This document shows, piece after piece, positions 43,901 through 57,006 of a stretch of DNA of 64,000 nt. The notes below the pieces were generated by a model, which was not told the DNA's origin, made no database searches, and saw only the letters and a list, made by a program, of their open reading frames with translations. The stretch is taken from the NCBI GenBank assembly GCA_965368975.1, contig CBDUPA010000001.1, positions 544,001-608,000 of the forward strand. The letters run 5' to 3'. This stretch comes from an uncultured bacterium (lineage in GTDB: Bacteria; Acidobacteriota; Thermoanaerobaculia; Multivoradales; JAHZIX01). Each line of letters opens with the position of its first letter. The first letter of the stretch is position 1. The translations under genes were made by a program, and so were the position numbers.

Positions 43901-46792
43901 CTGCCGCACTTGTGTACCCGCTGGCGCCTGCACAGCTCCGGCCGTTCGGTGCGCCTGGAGCTGCGCAACGACGTGCTCTTGCACGACGGCCGCCCGCTGA
44001 CGGCTGCCGATGTCAAGGCCTCGATACAGTGGGCCGTGCGCCGTTGCAGTGAGCGCCTACCGCCGGCGCTGGCCGCGATTCGGGGCGTGGGTTCCTGGCG
44101 TCGGGGCGATGCCGACGACCTGGAAGGGGTCTGTGTGCTGGCGGCGAGTGAGTTGGAGGTGCTGCTCGAGGAGCCATTGCCGATCTACCCGGAGCTGCTC
44201 ACCGATACACGCACAGCGGTCGCCATTCCGGTTGCCGACGCGAGTGAAGCACAGCTGGAAGCCGGTATTCGCGACCAGGCGGGCCTGCTGCTCGGGACCG
44301 GTCCTTTCCGTCCCGTGCAGGTGGCCACACAGCGCGTCGAGTTGGCCCGCCAGGAAGCCTACTGGGATCAGCCGCCACGTCTCGACGTGCTCGAGTTCCA
44401 GGCCGGCCTGGAGTCCGAGCAGATGGCCGAGGGGCTCCGCGGCGGTAGTCTCGACATGGCTCTGGAACTGCGCCCGGACGATCTCGAAAGCCTGTTGCGC
44501 GACCGCCGCCTGCGTCGCCGCCTGGTGGAAACTCCTTGGACCAACAGCTTCTTCGTGGTCTTCGACCGCGCCGGCGAAGTCGCCCGTCACTACGCACTCC
44601 GCCGAGCGCTGTCCGGCGTCGTGCAAACCGATAGCCTGGTACGCCGCTTGCTCGGCCGCCTGGCCCAGCCGGCCGACGGCTTGTTACCGCCCGGTATCCT
44701 CGGGCACGACCCGGGGCGGCGGCGCGAGCGCCTGTCGCTGGTGCAGGCACGAGAGGTCTTGGAGGACGTCGGCCTGCGGCCTCCGATCCGCCTGCGCGTC
44801 ATGCTCCATCCCAGCTTCCGCAATCGCTATGACCAACTGGCGCGGGAACTCTTCGAGCTGTGGGCGCAGTTGGGGGTCGAGGTCGACATCGAATCGGGCG
44901 GTCTGACCCACTATTTGTCGCACCCTGAGCGGGGGACGGAAGAAGGCGCACCGCACGTCGATGTCATCCTGGCTCGCTGGATCGCTGACTACCAGGACCC
45001 GGACATCTTCACGCACGGTCTTTTTCACTCGCAGCAGGGGCGCTTCCGCCACTCGTGCTCGTCACCTCAAGGTGATCGGCTGCTCGAACAGGCGCGCGCA
45101 AGTGCCGATCCAGATGTCCGCGCCGACTTGTATCGTCGCTTCGAGGATCAACTGCTCGACAGCCATCTCTTGCTGCCGCTCTTCCACGAGATCAACTACC
45201 GTCTGCTGGGTCCCAACGTGCGCGGGCTCGAAGTGTCGGGCACACCGCCGTACGTCAACTACCGGCAGCTGGCCAAGCTCGGTACGCGGCCAGCGGGGTC
45301 ACTCCTACCCGCCGAGTCCAGCGGCCGCGCTACCGGGGCGGGACTCTCGGTGGCACGCATTCCGGTGGCCCGTATCCCGATGATGGGGCACCTCAATGAC
45401 CTGGACCCAGCGGTGCCGATCGCTTCTCGCCTGCAGGCACTGAGCGCCCTCTACGAAACGCTCATGCGCCAGGGGGACAGTGCACGTATCGAGCCCTGGC
45501 TGGCCGAGTCGGTCGACAGGCTCGACCAGGGCCGATGCCTACGCCTTCGCCTGCGCCGCGACGTTCGTTTCCACGATGGGCGTCGTTTCGGTGCACGCGA
45601 CGTGCGTTTCTCCTTCGAGCGCCTGCTGCGCAGCTCCAGCTACAGTCGCTGGTTGCTGGCACCGGTGCGGGGAGCCCGCGACGTGCTCGAAGGGCGTACG
45701 CGCGAACTCGTCGGTCTGCGGCTGCGCTCGGCCTTCGAACTCGATATCGAGCTGGAGTATCCGGTTGCGTTCTTTCCCGCGGTGCTTACCGCGGTAGCTA
45801 TCGTCGCGGAGGGCAGTGACGATTTCACTGGCGACTGGCGTACCTGCGGTGGTGCTACCGGTCCCTTCCGAGTCCGCCGCTTCGACCCAGGCCGCGGCCT
45901 CGATCTGGAGGCCAACCCGGACTACTGGCGCGAAGGCTTGCCGCGCCTGGATCGTCTGTGCTTTGACTTCAACGTGCCGCCCGCGTCGGCGCTCGAAGGC
46001 TTGCACAGCGGCCGCTTCACCCTCGCCTGGGAATTGCCACCGTCAGCGCTGGAGAGCCTGGAGCAGGATGGGGACTTGCTGTTCCGGGAGATTCCTGGCC
46101 TGGCTACCGCTTTCCTTGCGTGCAACGTTCACCGGGGGCCGCTGGCCGATTCTGAAACGCGCCGACGGCTGGCCGCGGGGCTTGGTGTCCCGGACCTGGT
46201 GCAACGTCATCTGGGCCGCCTCGGAACCGTGGCGCGTAGCCTGATCCCACCCGATCTGCTGGGCTACGAGCCGCTGCAGTCACGACAGCCGAAGTCGTCG
46301 TCGCAGCCGCCGGTCGAGCTGGCGGTCATGCTGCAGTCTGCCTTCCAGAGCCAGTATGCAGACATGGCGCGCGACCTGCTGAGACAGCTGGAGAATTGTG
46401 GCTTCCGCGTACGCTTGGTCGAGCCGCACCCTTTCTACCAGGCGCTGCTGCCAAACCAGCGGGTCGACCTGGTGATCAGTCGTTGGATCGCCGACTATCC
46501 AGATCCCGACGCCTTCGTGCACAGCGTGTTGCACAGCGTCGAGGGTGGGGTCGGGGCGCTGTGTGGCGATCGCGCCCTCGACGCGCTGATCGATGAAGGG
46601 CGCAAGACCGCCGACACGGTCCGTCGACGTGAGATCTACCGCGACATCGAAGGCCTTCTGGCGCGCGAGCAGCGCCTGCTGCCACTGTTTCACGAGCAGA
46701 TCTACCGCTATGCGCGGCCGGAAGTACGCGACTTCGAGATCCACCTGTCGCCGCCGCAAGTCGCCTATGAGAAGTTGTGGCTGCAGGGCTGA
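40985..46792 (+). CDS. Ser/Thr kinase - STAND/AAA ATPase - TPR - tandem family-5 solute-binding domain protein
   Basis: HRDVKPGN/DFG/YLSPE; GETGMGKT, LLLEELH, EGNPFF; two OppA/DppA-like repeats (FETL/YETL, HDGR....DV..S, TGPFR, WIADY.DPD). Confidence 0.88.
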   Translation: MLDIGTKLLDRYEILAEIGRGGVGVVYEASDIKLQRTVAVKLLNAPRADAETLARFDREARLIARLDHPAIVPIFDVGSCDLGAEGEVPYFVMPHVGGESLRSRLRLRSLSLSEMLDVLVQVARGLDYSHAKNVVHRDVKPGNIVLSQEPGGGLRARLTDFGMARSGEFDERLTDTGSVMGTMVYLSPEQACGHDVDARSDIYSLGVVLYECLAGTPPFTGNPAAVVMGITQLQPASLSERGLGLDDELEALVLQCLEKDPALRPPTAGEVAARLLRLRARLVEGETMTVPVLPPVVGRGQEATRILHPSGEATAVFESQPRKPRGAPGVPLSCLCREDELDALERRLRAAVETAGCQLVLIGGETGMGKTELVEELGRRAQNGGGLVLSGRFVEDDAFAHQGFCELIQDYFDGGSVRGMTLVEDLADLVPDLLGLFPSLGEIEALRGFASSRGWRSGDRRRSEDPTHIFELISRTLIRMGEGRVLVLLLEELHATHAGIEALHYVVRRLAATTTLMVGTFRPSATTGEHPLDQMRAAFAGDPRFQLLELERLNAEQHLRLLRAITGKEHIDPKLARRLLEITEGNPFFTREVVRSLRPEGGTLPRSPWQIGADAGSDSQAGWDVESAVGMLPDTIQQVVSRRLQRLSAELRQVLSVAAVLGRTFAFSDLGALVQLPGDLDDAVDALVTAAFLEEAPQLAGDQLRFSSAIVRDVLYDELPPRKRRSLHRAFANHLEATYAGRLEQVYPQLLHHYVCARVAERVRDYGLRLASLKVELSSGAAALAAAERAAAAQAELTEVGPAAAGELSRVLGQSKHLTGDFDGALEAFSEADRHFRRSGQTAERTHVAALAAEAAWRARRVDEVGAWVDRGLAQVGPGVELHRRRLLRLGATLANLRGEYHRARQYQQQADQLRPRQLEGRTEMPRGGRLVVGLPAELRGRHPVELRLVEEMEVLANVFETLLVKDSQGVLLPHLCTRWRLHSSGRSVRLELRNDVLLHDGRPLTAADVKASIQWAVRRCSERLPPALAAIRGVGSWRRGDADDLEGVCVLAASELEVLLEEPLPIYPELLTDTRTAVAIPVADASEAQLEAGIRDQAGLLLGTGPFRPVQVATQRVELARQEAYWDQPPRLDVLEFQAGLESEQMAEGLRGGSLDMALELRPDDLESLLRDRRLRRRLVETPWTNSFFVVFDRAGEVARHYALRRALSGVVQTDSLVRRLLGRLAQPADGLLPPGILGHDPGRRRERLSLVQAREVLEDVGLRPPIRLRVMLHPSFRNRYDQLARELFELWAQLGVEVDIESGGLTHYLSHPERGTEEGAPHVDVILARWIADYQDPDIFTHGLFHSQQGRFRHSCSSPQGDRLLEQARASADPDVRADLYRRFEDQLLDSHLLLPLFHEINYRLLGPNVRGLEVSGTPPYVNYRQLAKLGTRPAGSLLPAESSGRATGAGLSVARIPVARIPMMGHLNDLDPAVPIASRLQALSALYETLMRQGDSARIEPWLAESVDRLDQGRCLRLRLRRDVRFHDGRRFGARDVRFSFERLLRSSSYSRWLLAPVRGARDVLEGRTRELVGLRLRSAFELDIELEYPVAFFPAVLTAVAIVAEGSDDFTGDWRTCGGATGPFRVRRFDPGRGLDLEANPDYWREGLPRLDRLCFDFNVPPASALEGLHSGRFTLAWELPPSALESLEQDGDLLFREIPGLATAFLACNVHRGPLADSETRRRLAAGLGVPDLVQRHLGRLGTVARSLIPPDLLGYEPLQSRQPKSSSQPPVELAVMLQSAFQSQYADMARDLLRQLENCGFRVRLVEPHPFYQALLPNQRVDLVISRWIADYPDPDAFVHSVLHSVEGGVGALCGDRALDALIDEGRKTADTVRRREIYRDIEGLLAREQRLLPLFHEQIYRYARPEVRDFEIHLSPPQVAYEKLWLQG

Positions 46793-47002
46793 GTCGCTCC
46801 TGGAGAGTCGTAACGTCACCATGGTGCAAGAGTACTTGAGTACGGCAATTTATTTCTTTTTTGCTATTAGGCATATCACAAATAATCCTTGCTCTGATGT
46901 CCGTGTCGGCGATACACTGGCAGAAGTCGGTGCTTTCGTCGCCTATTGTGCAATCCCATGATTTGACTTCTCAAGGTCAGCCTTCTCTAGAGGGCAGCAA
47001 GT

Positions 47003-48610
47003 ATGATCCAAGGTCCGATATCTATCGGTAGGAACGCCGCTGGGGATGGTGCGTCCGCGCCACCGGAGCAGCCAAGCTCCATCTTTCTTTCCGGAGATCT
47101 CGTCGGAGGGCGTTTTCGGGTCATCCAGCTCCTGGCCACGGGTGGCATGGGGGAAGTCTACGAGGTCGAGGACCAGGATCTCGGAGAGCGCTTGGCGCTC
47201 AAAGTCATTCGGCCGGAGCTGGCGTGCGACGAGATCAACCTCGAGCGGTTCCGCCGCGAGCTGCAACTGGCCCGCCGGGTGACGCATCGCAACGTCTGCC
47301 GCCTCTTCGATCTGGTACGCCACCGCGCGCGCCGACGTGAAGACCGGCTGATACCGTCGGAACTCGCCTGTGTCACGATGGAACTGCTGCAGGGAGAGAC
47401 GCTGGCCGAGCGGCTACGGCGTGTTGGCCGGCTGCCGCCCAAGCAGGTTCGGCAGATCGTGCACCAGGTTGCCGAGGGTCTGGCCGCCGCACACGACATG
47501 GGTATCGTGCACCGTGACCTCAAGGCGTCCAACATCATGCTGGTCCCCGATGGTCGCGGCGGCGAGAGGGCGGTGGTCATGGACTTCGGTCTGGCCCGTC
47601 TGGGTGCCGTGCACCGAGAGACGGATTCACTCGAACCGATGACGCGCACTGGCCAGTTGATCGGCACGCCCGACTACATGGCACCCGAGCAGGTGGCCGG
47701 AGGCCGCGTGACACCGGCGACCGACGTCTATGCCCTCGGTGTCCTGATGTACGAAGCGATCACGGGCCGCCTGCCGTTCTATGGCAAGAGCGCCATGGCG
47801 ATCGCGCTCAAACGTCTACACGAGATCCCCGAGACGCCGATCCAACTCGTCGACGGCCTGGACGTGCGGTGGGAGGCGGTCATCCTGCGCTGTCTGGAGG
47901 CGGATCCGGAGCTGCGCTTCCAGAACACCATTGACATCCTGCACGCGCTCGATCTGGCGCCGGTGACTGCCCCGAAGCCAGCAGCCAGTGCGGACGACAA
48001 GGGCCTGGTAGCTCGCTGCTGCCGCTACGTGCTGCCGATGGCCGTCATTCTGGCCTGCCTGCTCGCCTTCGAAGCCTGGCGTTACCGCGCCGTTTGGCTG
48101 CCCAGCACCGCCGTGGAGTCCGTGGTTACGGTGCCGCAGGTCGCGGTCCTTGGCTTCAGCAATAGTTCACCCGGAGGACAGCTGCGCTGGGTCGGTACTG
48201 CACTGGCCGACGAGTTGCGCGGCCAGCTGGCCTCCGAGTCGCTGGGCGTCGTGCCGGGGCATCGTGTCGCGGCGCTGCGCGCAGACCTGCCGCTGCCCGA
48301 AACCGGACCGTTGAGCCTGGGGACTCTCGAGGCGGTGGCGGAGCGGCTGAGTGCCGACTACGTGGTCGTCGGTAGCTATGTTGCGCTGAATTCGCCGGCT
48401 GGGGCGGTGGCTGCGAGTGGTACCAGTACCATTCAGCTTCGCTTGTGGCTGCAGAACGTCGCATCGGGCAAGGTGTTCTTGATGGTCGACACCTTTTCGG
48501 AAACTGGACAGCTGTCACAGCTTGCGCGGCAGGTTGACGAGCAGATACGCTCTATCCTCACCAGTGGCCGCTTGACCGAGGCAGAGCCTCGAGATGTCGA
48601 GCGAGACTGA
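47003..48610 (+). CDS. Membrane Ser/Thr kinase with C-terminal TolB-N/FlgO-like domain
   Basis: GGMGEVY, HRDLKASN, DFGLAR, YMAPE; TM segment; VAVLGFSN...ADYVVVGSY. Confidence 0.88.
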   Translation: MIQGPISIGRNAAGDGASAPPEQPSSIFLSGDLVGGRFRVIQLLATGGMGEVYEVEDQDLGERLALKVIRPELACDEINLERFRRELQLARRVTHRNVCRLFDLVRHRARRREDRLIPSELACVTMELLQGETLAERLRRVGRLPPKQVRQIVHQVAEGLAAAHDMGIVHRDLKASNIMLVPDGRGGERAVVMDFGLARLGAVHRETDSLEPMTRTGQLIGTPDYMAPEQVAGGRVTPATDVYALGVLMYEAITGRLPFYGKSAMAIALKRLHEIPETPIQLVDGLDVRWEAVILRCLEADPELRFQNTIDILHALDLAPVTAPKPAASADDKGLVARCCRYVLPMAVILACLLAFEAWRYRAVWLPSTAVESVVTVPQVAVLGFSNSSPGGQLRWVGTALADELRGQLASESLGVVPGHRVAALRADLPLPETGPLSLGTLEAVAERLSADYVVVGSYVALNSPAGAVAASGTSTIQLRLWLQNVASGKVFLMVDTFSETGQLSQLARQVDEQIRSILTSGRLTEAEPRDVERD

Positions 48611-48708
48611 TTTCCTCAGACAAGCCAAGGCCCCCAAAACCAGCAAACGGCGGAGTTCACGCCGCGACAGCCTCGGCAGCCGATGAGTGTGCCGAACCGA
48701 GACCCACG

Positions 48709-49212
48709 ATGTACGTCCGTAACGCCCTGCTGGAAGCCCCTCTGACCGTCCATCCGGACGAACCCTTCGAGTCCTTGCTGCACCGCCTGCTCGAGTTCCG
48801 TCAGGCCACCGCCGCGGTACTCGACGACGAAGGTAGCCTGGTGGGTATTGTTGGGATTCACGACATCTTGCGCAAGATCGTACCCTTGTATGTGGATCTC
48901 GATCAGAAGTTGATGGAAGTCATGCACGAGGGCTACTTCGAAGAGCGCCTGGGCCGCCTCCAAGGGCTCAGCGCACGCGACTTCATGACCTCTCCCGTCG
49001 ATACGGTGTCCCCCGACGATACCCTGATCAAGACCGTCGGTCTGATCGTCGAGAACCGTCGCAAGACCCTACCGGTACTCGATGACGGCAGGTTTGTCGG
49101 TATGATCACGCGCCGCAGTATCCTCGAAACCGTCACGTCGAGTCTTCGCGGCGAAGACTCGGGCGCCGACGGAGAAAGTCCCCAGCCTGCCGAGGCTGAC
49201 GGAACTGTCTGA
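48709..49212 (+). CDS. CBS-domain pair protein
   Basis: VLDDEGSLVGIV, ARDFMTSPV.TV, LPVLDDGRFVGMITR. Confidence 0.88.
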   Translation: MYVRNALLEAPLTVHPDEPFESLLHRLLEFRQATAAVLDDEGSLVGIVGIHDILRKIVPLYVDLDQKLMEVMHEGYFEERLGRLQGLSARDFMTSPVDTVSPDDTLIKTVGLIVENRRKTLPVLDDGRFVGMITRRSILETVTSSLRGEDSGADGESPQPAEADGTV

Positions 49213-49297
49213 TCCGACCCGCCACAGCTGCCACTGCCCCAAGCGCCAACAACCCCTGAGTCCTTCCCCCGGAGTCCCTTTCCCCGGAGCCCAACCC

Positions 49298-50686
49298 ATG
49301 CATACCGCAAGCGAGGCCGCTGGCCTGGTGCCGGCAGGCCTGCACTACTGGCTAGCCTGTGGCATTTTCCTCGTCAGCTTCGTGCTGATCGTGTCCGAAA
49401 AGGTGCACAAGACCAAGGTGGCGCTGATCGGCGCCGCCCTGACGCTGCTGCTGTCCATCCTGACGCAGCACGAAGCCTTCCACTCGTCCACCTTGGGCAT
49501 CGACCACAGTGTCATCTTCCTGCTCATCTCGATGATGATCATCATCAACATCATGGGCAAGAGCGGCATCTTCGACTGGAGCGCCGTCAAGCTGGCCAAG
49601 ATGGCCAAAGGCCGCCCGTTCGCCATCATGGTCGCCTTCCTGATCTTCACCGCAGTCTTCTCGGCGCTGCTCGACAACGTCACCACGGTGCTCTTGTTCA
49701 CGCCGGTCACGTTGCTGATCGCCGACGAGCTCGATCTCGATCCGATTCCTTTTCTGATCGGTGAAGCCCTGGCCTCCAACATCGGTGGCACCGCGACGCT
49801 CATTGGTGATCCGCCCAACCTGATCATTGCTTCGCGCTCCGACCTCGGTTTCGTCGACTTTCTGGTCAACCTGGGGCCGGTGGTCGTGGTGATCCTGGGG
49901 GCATACTTGATCTTTGCCTACTTCGCCTTCGGCCGAGGCTTGCAGGTCGACGAAGAGCGGCGCAACCACATCCTGAGCATGGATGAGAGGCGCTTGATCA
50001 AGGATCCGCGCTTGGCCAAGCAGTCGCTCTTCGTTCTCGCCATCGTAACGGTCGGCTTTGTGCTCCACGGTGTGACGCACATCGAGCCCGCTACCGTCGC
50101 GCTCTTCGGTGCTGCGCTGTTGCTTCTCATGTCGCCCGCTGATCCCCACAAGATCCTCGCCGATGTCGAGTGGCCGACCATCTTCTTCTTCATCGGCCTG
50201 TTCATTATCATCGGCGGTGTCGTCAAAGTCGGCTTTATCGGCGACCTTTCCGGCTTGGTCATCGACCTCACTGGACCTACCGCCGAGAGTATGTTTGGCA
50301 CCTCGATGGTTCTGCTGTGGTTCTCCGGCATCATCTCCGGTTTTCTCGACAACATCCCCTACGTCGCCACCATGGCCCCCCTGGTCACCGATATGGCGGG
50401 TGCCGTCCTCCAAGATGGTGTGGCTGGTGCCGAGCTGACGAAGGAGACGCTGCACGCCCCTGTGCTACTACCGGTGTGGTGGTCCCTGGCCTTGGGCTCT
50501 TGCCTGGGCGGTAACAGCACGCCGATAGGCGCTTCCGCTAATCTGGTCGTCCTCGGTATCGCCGAGCGTTCGGGCACGAAGATCTCGTTTCTCAAGTTCA
50601 TGCGCTACGGCATGCCGGTCATGTTCATGAGCTTGATCATCGCGACCGCCTACGTGTGGCTGCGGTACTACGTGTTGGGGTGGTGA
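49298..50686 (+). CDS. ArsB/NhaD (IT superfamily) ion transporter
   Basis: SALLDNVTT, SNIGGTATLIGDPPN, LDNIPY and LGGNSTPIGASAN motifs; many TM segments. Confidence 0.9.
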   Translation: MHTASEAAGLVPAGLHYWLACGIFLVSFVLIVSEKVHKTKVALIGAALTLLLSILTQHEAFHSSTLGIDHSVIFLLISMMIIINIMGKSGIFDWSAVKLAKMAKGRPFAIMVAFLIFTAVFSALLDNVTTVLLFTPVTLLIADELDLDPIPFLIGEALASNIGGTATLIGDPPNLIIASRSDLGFVDFLVNLGPVVVVILGAYLIFAYFAFGRGLQVDEERRNHILSMDERRLIKDPRLAKQSLFVLAIVTVGFVLHGVTHIEPATVALFGAALLLLMSPADPHKILADVEWPTIFFFIGLFIIIGGVVKVGFIGDLSGLVIDLTGPTAESMFGTSMVLLWFSGIISGFLDNIPYVATMAPLVTDMAGAVLQDGVAGAELTKETLHAPVLLPVWWSLALGSCLGGNSTPIGASANLVVLGIAERSGTKISFLKFMRYGMPVMFMSLIIATAYVWLRYYVLGW

Positions 50687-50791
50687 ACGTCGGCGAGGCT
50701 TGATGAGCAAAGAGAAACGCCGACCCCACGTAGGGACCGGCGTTGTTCTCGAAACGGGGTTGAAGCTCGGGGCGAATCCCCTAGGCTCGAC

Positions 50792-54091
<3,300 letters not shown>

Positions 54092-54283
54092 GGCGCCTCC
54101 GAGAGATTGGGGAGAATCTGGGGAATGGATCGACGAAAGGCATCGAGGAAAGACGTAGCGATGCGCACCTCGTCCAAGGTGTGCGGCTACGGTTCGATCT
54201 TGTAGCTTCGATCCTGTACGGGTAGGTGGCACCGGGGTTGCGCCCGGCACCGTCGGTGGGGTCGAGGATATAGCGTCGGCGCG

Positions 54284-55555
54284 TCAGACGCTAGCGGCGC
54301 TCTGCTCGTCGACGATGCGCTCCAGACGACCGAGCAGGCGGTCGAGCTGGTCGACCATGGGGAGGGTAGAGCGCTCGCCCTGGGTTTCCCCGAGGACGTT
54401 GAGCCACAGGTCACGCTGGCTGTCGGCCAGCACCTCGGGGCGCAGGCGCAGACCGTGACGCTCGAAGATGGGCGTCAGTTCCGCTTGCCGTGTGCGCAGC
54501 TCGTGGAGTGTCGCTTCGTAGGCGTGTTGGCACAGCTCGCGCCGGCCGCGGAAGCTGAAGATGTTGCGGAAGAACATGCGGTAGTCGTCGCGCTTGGGCT
54601 CGAGCAGCACCACGTCGCGATCCGCGAAGGTGGTGTCGTAGCGTGCCATGCCGACGTCCAGGCGGGAATGTACGAGGGTGCGTACCGCCTGCGACAGGAC
54701 GGTTGGCAGACCTCGGTCGATCAACTTGCCGCGGCGCATGATGCCGGCCTCGACGGCACGCACCGTATCCACCGGCACGATGGGATTGACGCACAACAGC
54801 AGTTGCGCGCCCGCCTCCAGGGCGACCGAGGCGTGCAGCGTCTTGAGCAGGACGCCGTCGGCGTAGTGTCGGCCGTCGATCTCGACTGGTGAGTAGAGGC
54901 CGGGCAGCGCCGAGCTGGCCTGGATGGCGCGCGAGATCGGAATGTCATCGGCACCGGGTTCACCGAAGCGAATGGCCTCGCCCGAGTCGAGATCGGCGGC
55001 GACGACGACCAAGTGCTGTCCGAGCTCACGGAAGTCGTCGGTGCGGCCCGGAATGGTGAAGATCTTGTTCAGGTACTGCCGGATCGGTTCGTTGTCGAAC
55101 ACGCCGACCGGCAAGGCCTGCGACAGCCGCACCAGCGCCTCTTTGAGCGTCTGCTCGCCGCCGAGGTAGGCTCGGATGGCCTGGAGTAGCAGCCGGGGGA
55201 CGGTCAAGGCCCGCTGTCCCAGCTCTTTGACCGCGGGGGTGAAGAAGGTCTCGGGCACGAACGGGTGCTCCCCGGGTTCGCTCTTGACGATCGCCCGGCA
55301 CATCTGCGCTGTCGACAGCTGATTGGCCAGGCAGGCACCGATGAAGGCTCCGGCACTGACGCCGACGTAGACGTGGAGGTGGTTGAGGTCCAGCCCCTCG
55401 ACGGCTTCGTCGAGGGCCCGCAGCACACCGATCTCATAAATCGCGCCGCCGGGGCCGCCACCGGCGAGGGCCAGACCGATCGCCGTCGGGTCCGCGGCCG
55501 CCGTCGGGTCCGCGGGCGCGGATGGGTTGATGCTCGAGTTCGTCTTGTCAGCCAT
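54284..55555 (-). CDS. Patatin-like phospholipase/esterase (PHA-locus associated)
   Basis: LAGGGPGG, GVSAG and YADGV motifs. Confidence 0.88.
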   Translation of the reverse strand: MADKTNSSINPSAPADPTAAADPTAIGLALAGGGPGGAIYEIGVLRALDEAVEGLDLNHLHVYVGVSAGAFIGACLANQLSTAQMCRAIVKSEPGEHPFVPETFFTPAVKELGQRALTVPRLLLQAIRAYLGGEQTLKEALVRLSQALPVGVFDNEPIRQYLNKIFTIPGRTDDFRELGQHLVVVAADLDSGEAIRFGEPGADDIPISRAIQASSALPGLYSPVEIDGRHYADGVLLKTLHASVALEAGAQLLLCVNPIVPVDTVRAVEAGIMRRGKLIDRGLPTVLSQAVRTLVHSRLDVGMARYDTTFADRDVVLLEPKRDDYRMFFRNIFSFRGRRELCQHAYEATLHELRTRQAELTPIFERHGLRLRPEVLADSQRDLWLNVLGETQGERSTLPMVDQLDRLLGRLERIVDEQSAASV

Positions 55556-55755
55556 ACCAACAACCCTCCTTCAAGAAACCGATGTCCCCAGACAGCCTCC
55601 GTCGGCAAGTGCGATTCTCGTCGAGTCCAGGCAGCTGTTGCTGCCATGGGTCCGACGCGGCCCAAGCCGCGGAATTGGGGGTGAGAAGCGAAGGACCGCG
55701 CTCCTTCGGTTCGAGGGGGGCTGGAACAGCCCCCCTGACGAAGTAAGAACTGGAT

Positions 55756-55788
55756 CCAAACGCCCGCGGCTAGGCCGCGGGCGTTTGG
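55756..55788. terminator. Hairpin downstream of the phasin gene
   Basis: CCAAACGCCCGCGGC-tag-GCCGCGGGCGTTTGG 15-bp stem. Confidence 0.7.
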
Positions 55789-55794
55789 CCCAGT

Positions 55795-56196
55795 TCAGTT
55801 TGCGGCCGCCGTGGTCTTGGCCGTGGTCTTGGCCGGCGTCTTGGCTGGTGTCTTCAACTGGTCCACCTTGGCGGTCAGTTCCTCGACGCGCTTGGTCAGC
55901 TTCTGGATCTCGTCGCGGCTCGGCACACCCAGGCGGTGCAGCGTGCCGGTGACGCGCTCGTCGATCGTCGAGGTCAGGTTGTCCCAGGCCTTGTCAGCCG
56001 ACTTCTTGGCCTTGGTGACTTGCTCTTCGAACTGCTCCTTGTTGCGGCCCTCGAAGTCTTCGCCCTTGGCGACGAGCTTCTTGAACATCTTGCCGCCTTC
56101 TTCCTCGGCGGTGGCGAGGGCGCCCAGGCCGGCCAGCCAGATCTTGTTCGCGGCGTCGCGCAGTTCAGTTCCGGATTTCTTGCTCTTCTTGCTCAT
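55795..56196 (-). CDS. Phasin, PhaF/PhaI-type PHA granule-associated protein
   Basis: KIWLAGLGAL...EEGGKMFKKLVAKGE, RLGVPSRDEI; Lys/Thr/Ala-rich tail. Confidence 0.9.
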   Translation of the reverse strand: MSKKSKKSGTELRDAANKIWLAGLGALATAEEEGGKMFKKLVAKGEDFEGRNKEQFEEQVTKAKKSADKAWDNLTSTIDERVTGTLHRLGVPSRDEIQKLTKRVEELTAKVDQLKTPAKTPAKTTAKTTAAAN

Positions 56197-56296
56197 GATG
56201 CACTCCTCAGCCGCTCTTGGCGGCTAGCTGTATTGCGGTCAGGTCTGTTTCCGTAGTCTCGGATTCGTCCGGCGCTGAAGTCGGCACAAGGCCTTC

Positions 56297-56875
56297 TCAG
56301 GCGGATGCTGAATCCTGACTCTTGGTGGCGGTGGTCTTCTTGGTCTTCGTTGCGGTCGTCTTGCCCGCGGCGGTCTTGCGACTCGTCTTGCGAGCTGGCT
56401 TGGCCTGCGTGGGCTGGTCGCTCGCGGTCGCCTGATCCGCCGTGGTGCTTGCCGGCTCGCTGTCCTGCTGGGTCTCGAGGTCGACCAGGGTCCGCTCCAA
56501 CTGTTCCAGCCGCTCGCGCAGCTGCTCCATCTCGTCGCGGGCCCGGCGCACGGGTCCCAGTTTGTCGATCGAGGCTCGCACCAAGCGATCAACGCCCTGC
56601 GAGACTTGCTCGACGCCGCTGCTCAGCGCCTGTTCGCCTCGACGGATCAGGTCGTGTAGCAGCTCGTTGGGCAGACGCGAGGTTCCCTTGCGACCACCTT
56701 CGAGGATGATCTGGGTCAGCGTCTGTGCGGTAACGTCCGTTCCAGTGGCGTTGTCGGCCACCTGAATTTCCTGCCCCTGACGCACCCACTCGGCGATTTC
56801 GTCCAGGGACACATAGCGGCTCTCTTCAGTGTCGTAGAGCTTGCGGCTTTCGTAGCGCTTGATCAGCCGTACCAT
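56297..56875 (-). CDS. phaR: PHA synthesis regulator (PhaR DNA-binding domain)
   Basis: IKRYESRKLYDTEESRYVSL...TG.DVT..TL.QII. Confidence 0.85.
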   Translation of the reverse strand: MVRLIKRYESRKLYDTEESRYVSLDEIAEWVRQGQEIQVADNATGTDVTAQTLTQIILEGGRKGTSRLPNELLHDLIRRGEQALSSGVEQVSQGVDRLVRASIDKLGPVRRARDEMEQLRERLEQLERTLVDLETQQDSEPASTTADQATASDQPTQAKPARKTSRKTAAGKTTATKTKKTTATKSQDSASA

Positions 56876-56912
56876 GGTGTGCGTCCTCTCGATTTCGGTT
56901 CATTGGATTCAT

Positions 56913-56984
56913 TGCCGCCTTGCGGCATGTTCAAGATACCGCGCTGCGGCATAGGTGTCAAGGGTTTCTTTCCGCACTGCGGCA
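56913..56984 (-). promoter_or_regulatory. phaR promoter with three palindromic operators
   Basis: Minus strand TTGACA(56961-56)-N17-TATCTT(56938-33); boxes TGCCGCCTTGCGGCA 56913-27, TACCGCGCTGCGGCA 56937-51, TTCCGCACTGCGGCA 56970-84. Confidence 0.75.
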
Positions 56985-57006
56985 AGGTCGTTGGCAGGTC
57001 GTGTGA

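Noticed and set aside
46793-47002. AT-rich intergenic tract as ncRNA or small gene
   Set aside because: No convincing stable structure or RBS-led ORF; most likely the promoter region of the downstream kinase.
49253-49291. CRISPR-like or other repeat array
   Set aside because: Only three short degenerate tandem units without spacers; no cas genes in the window.
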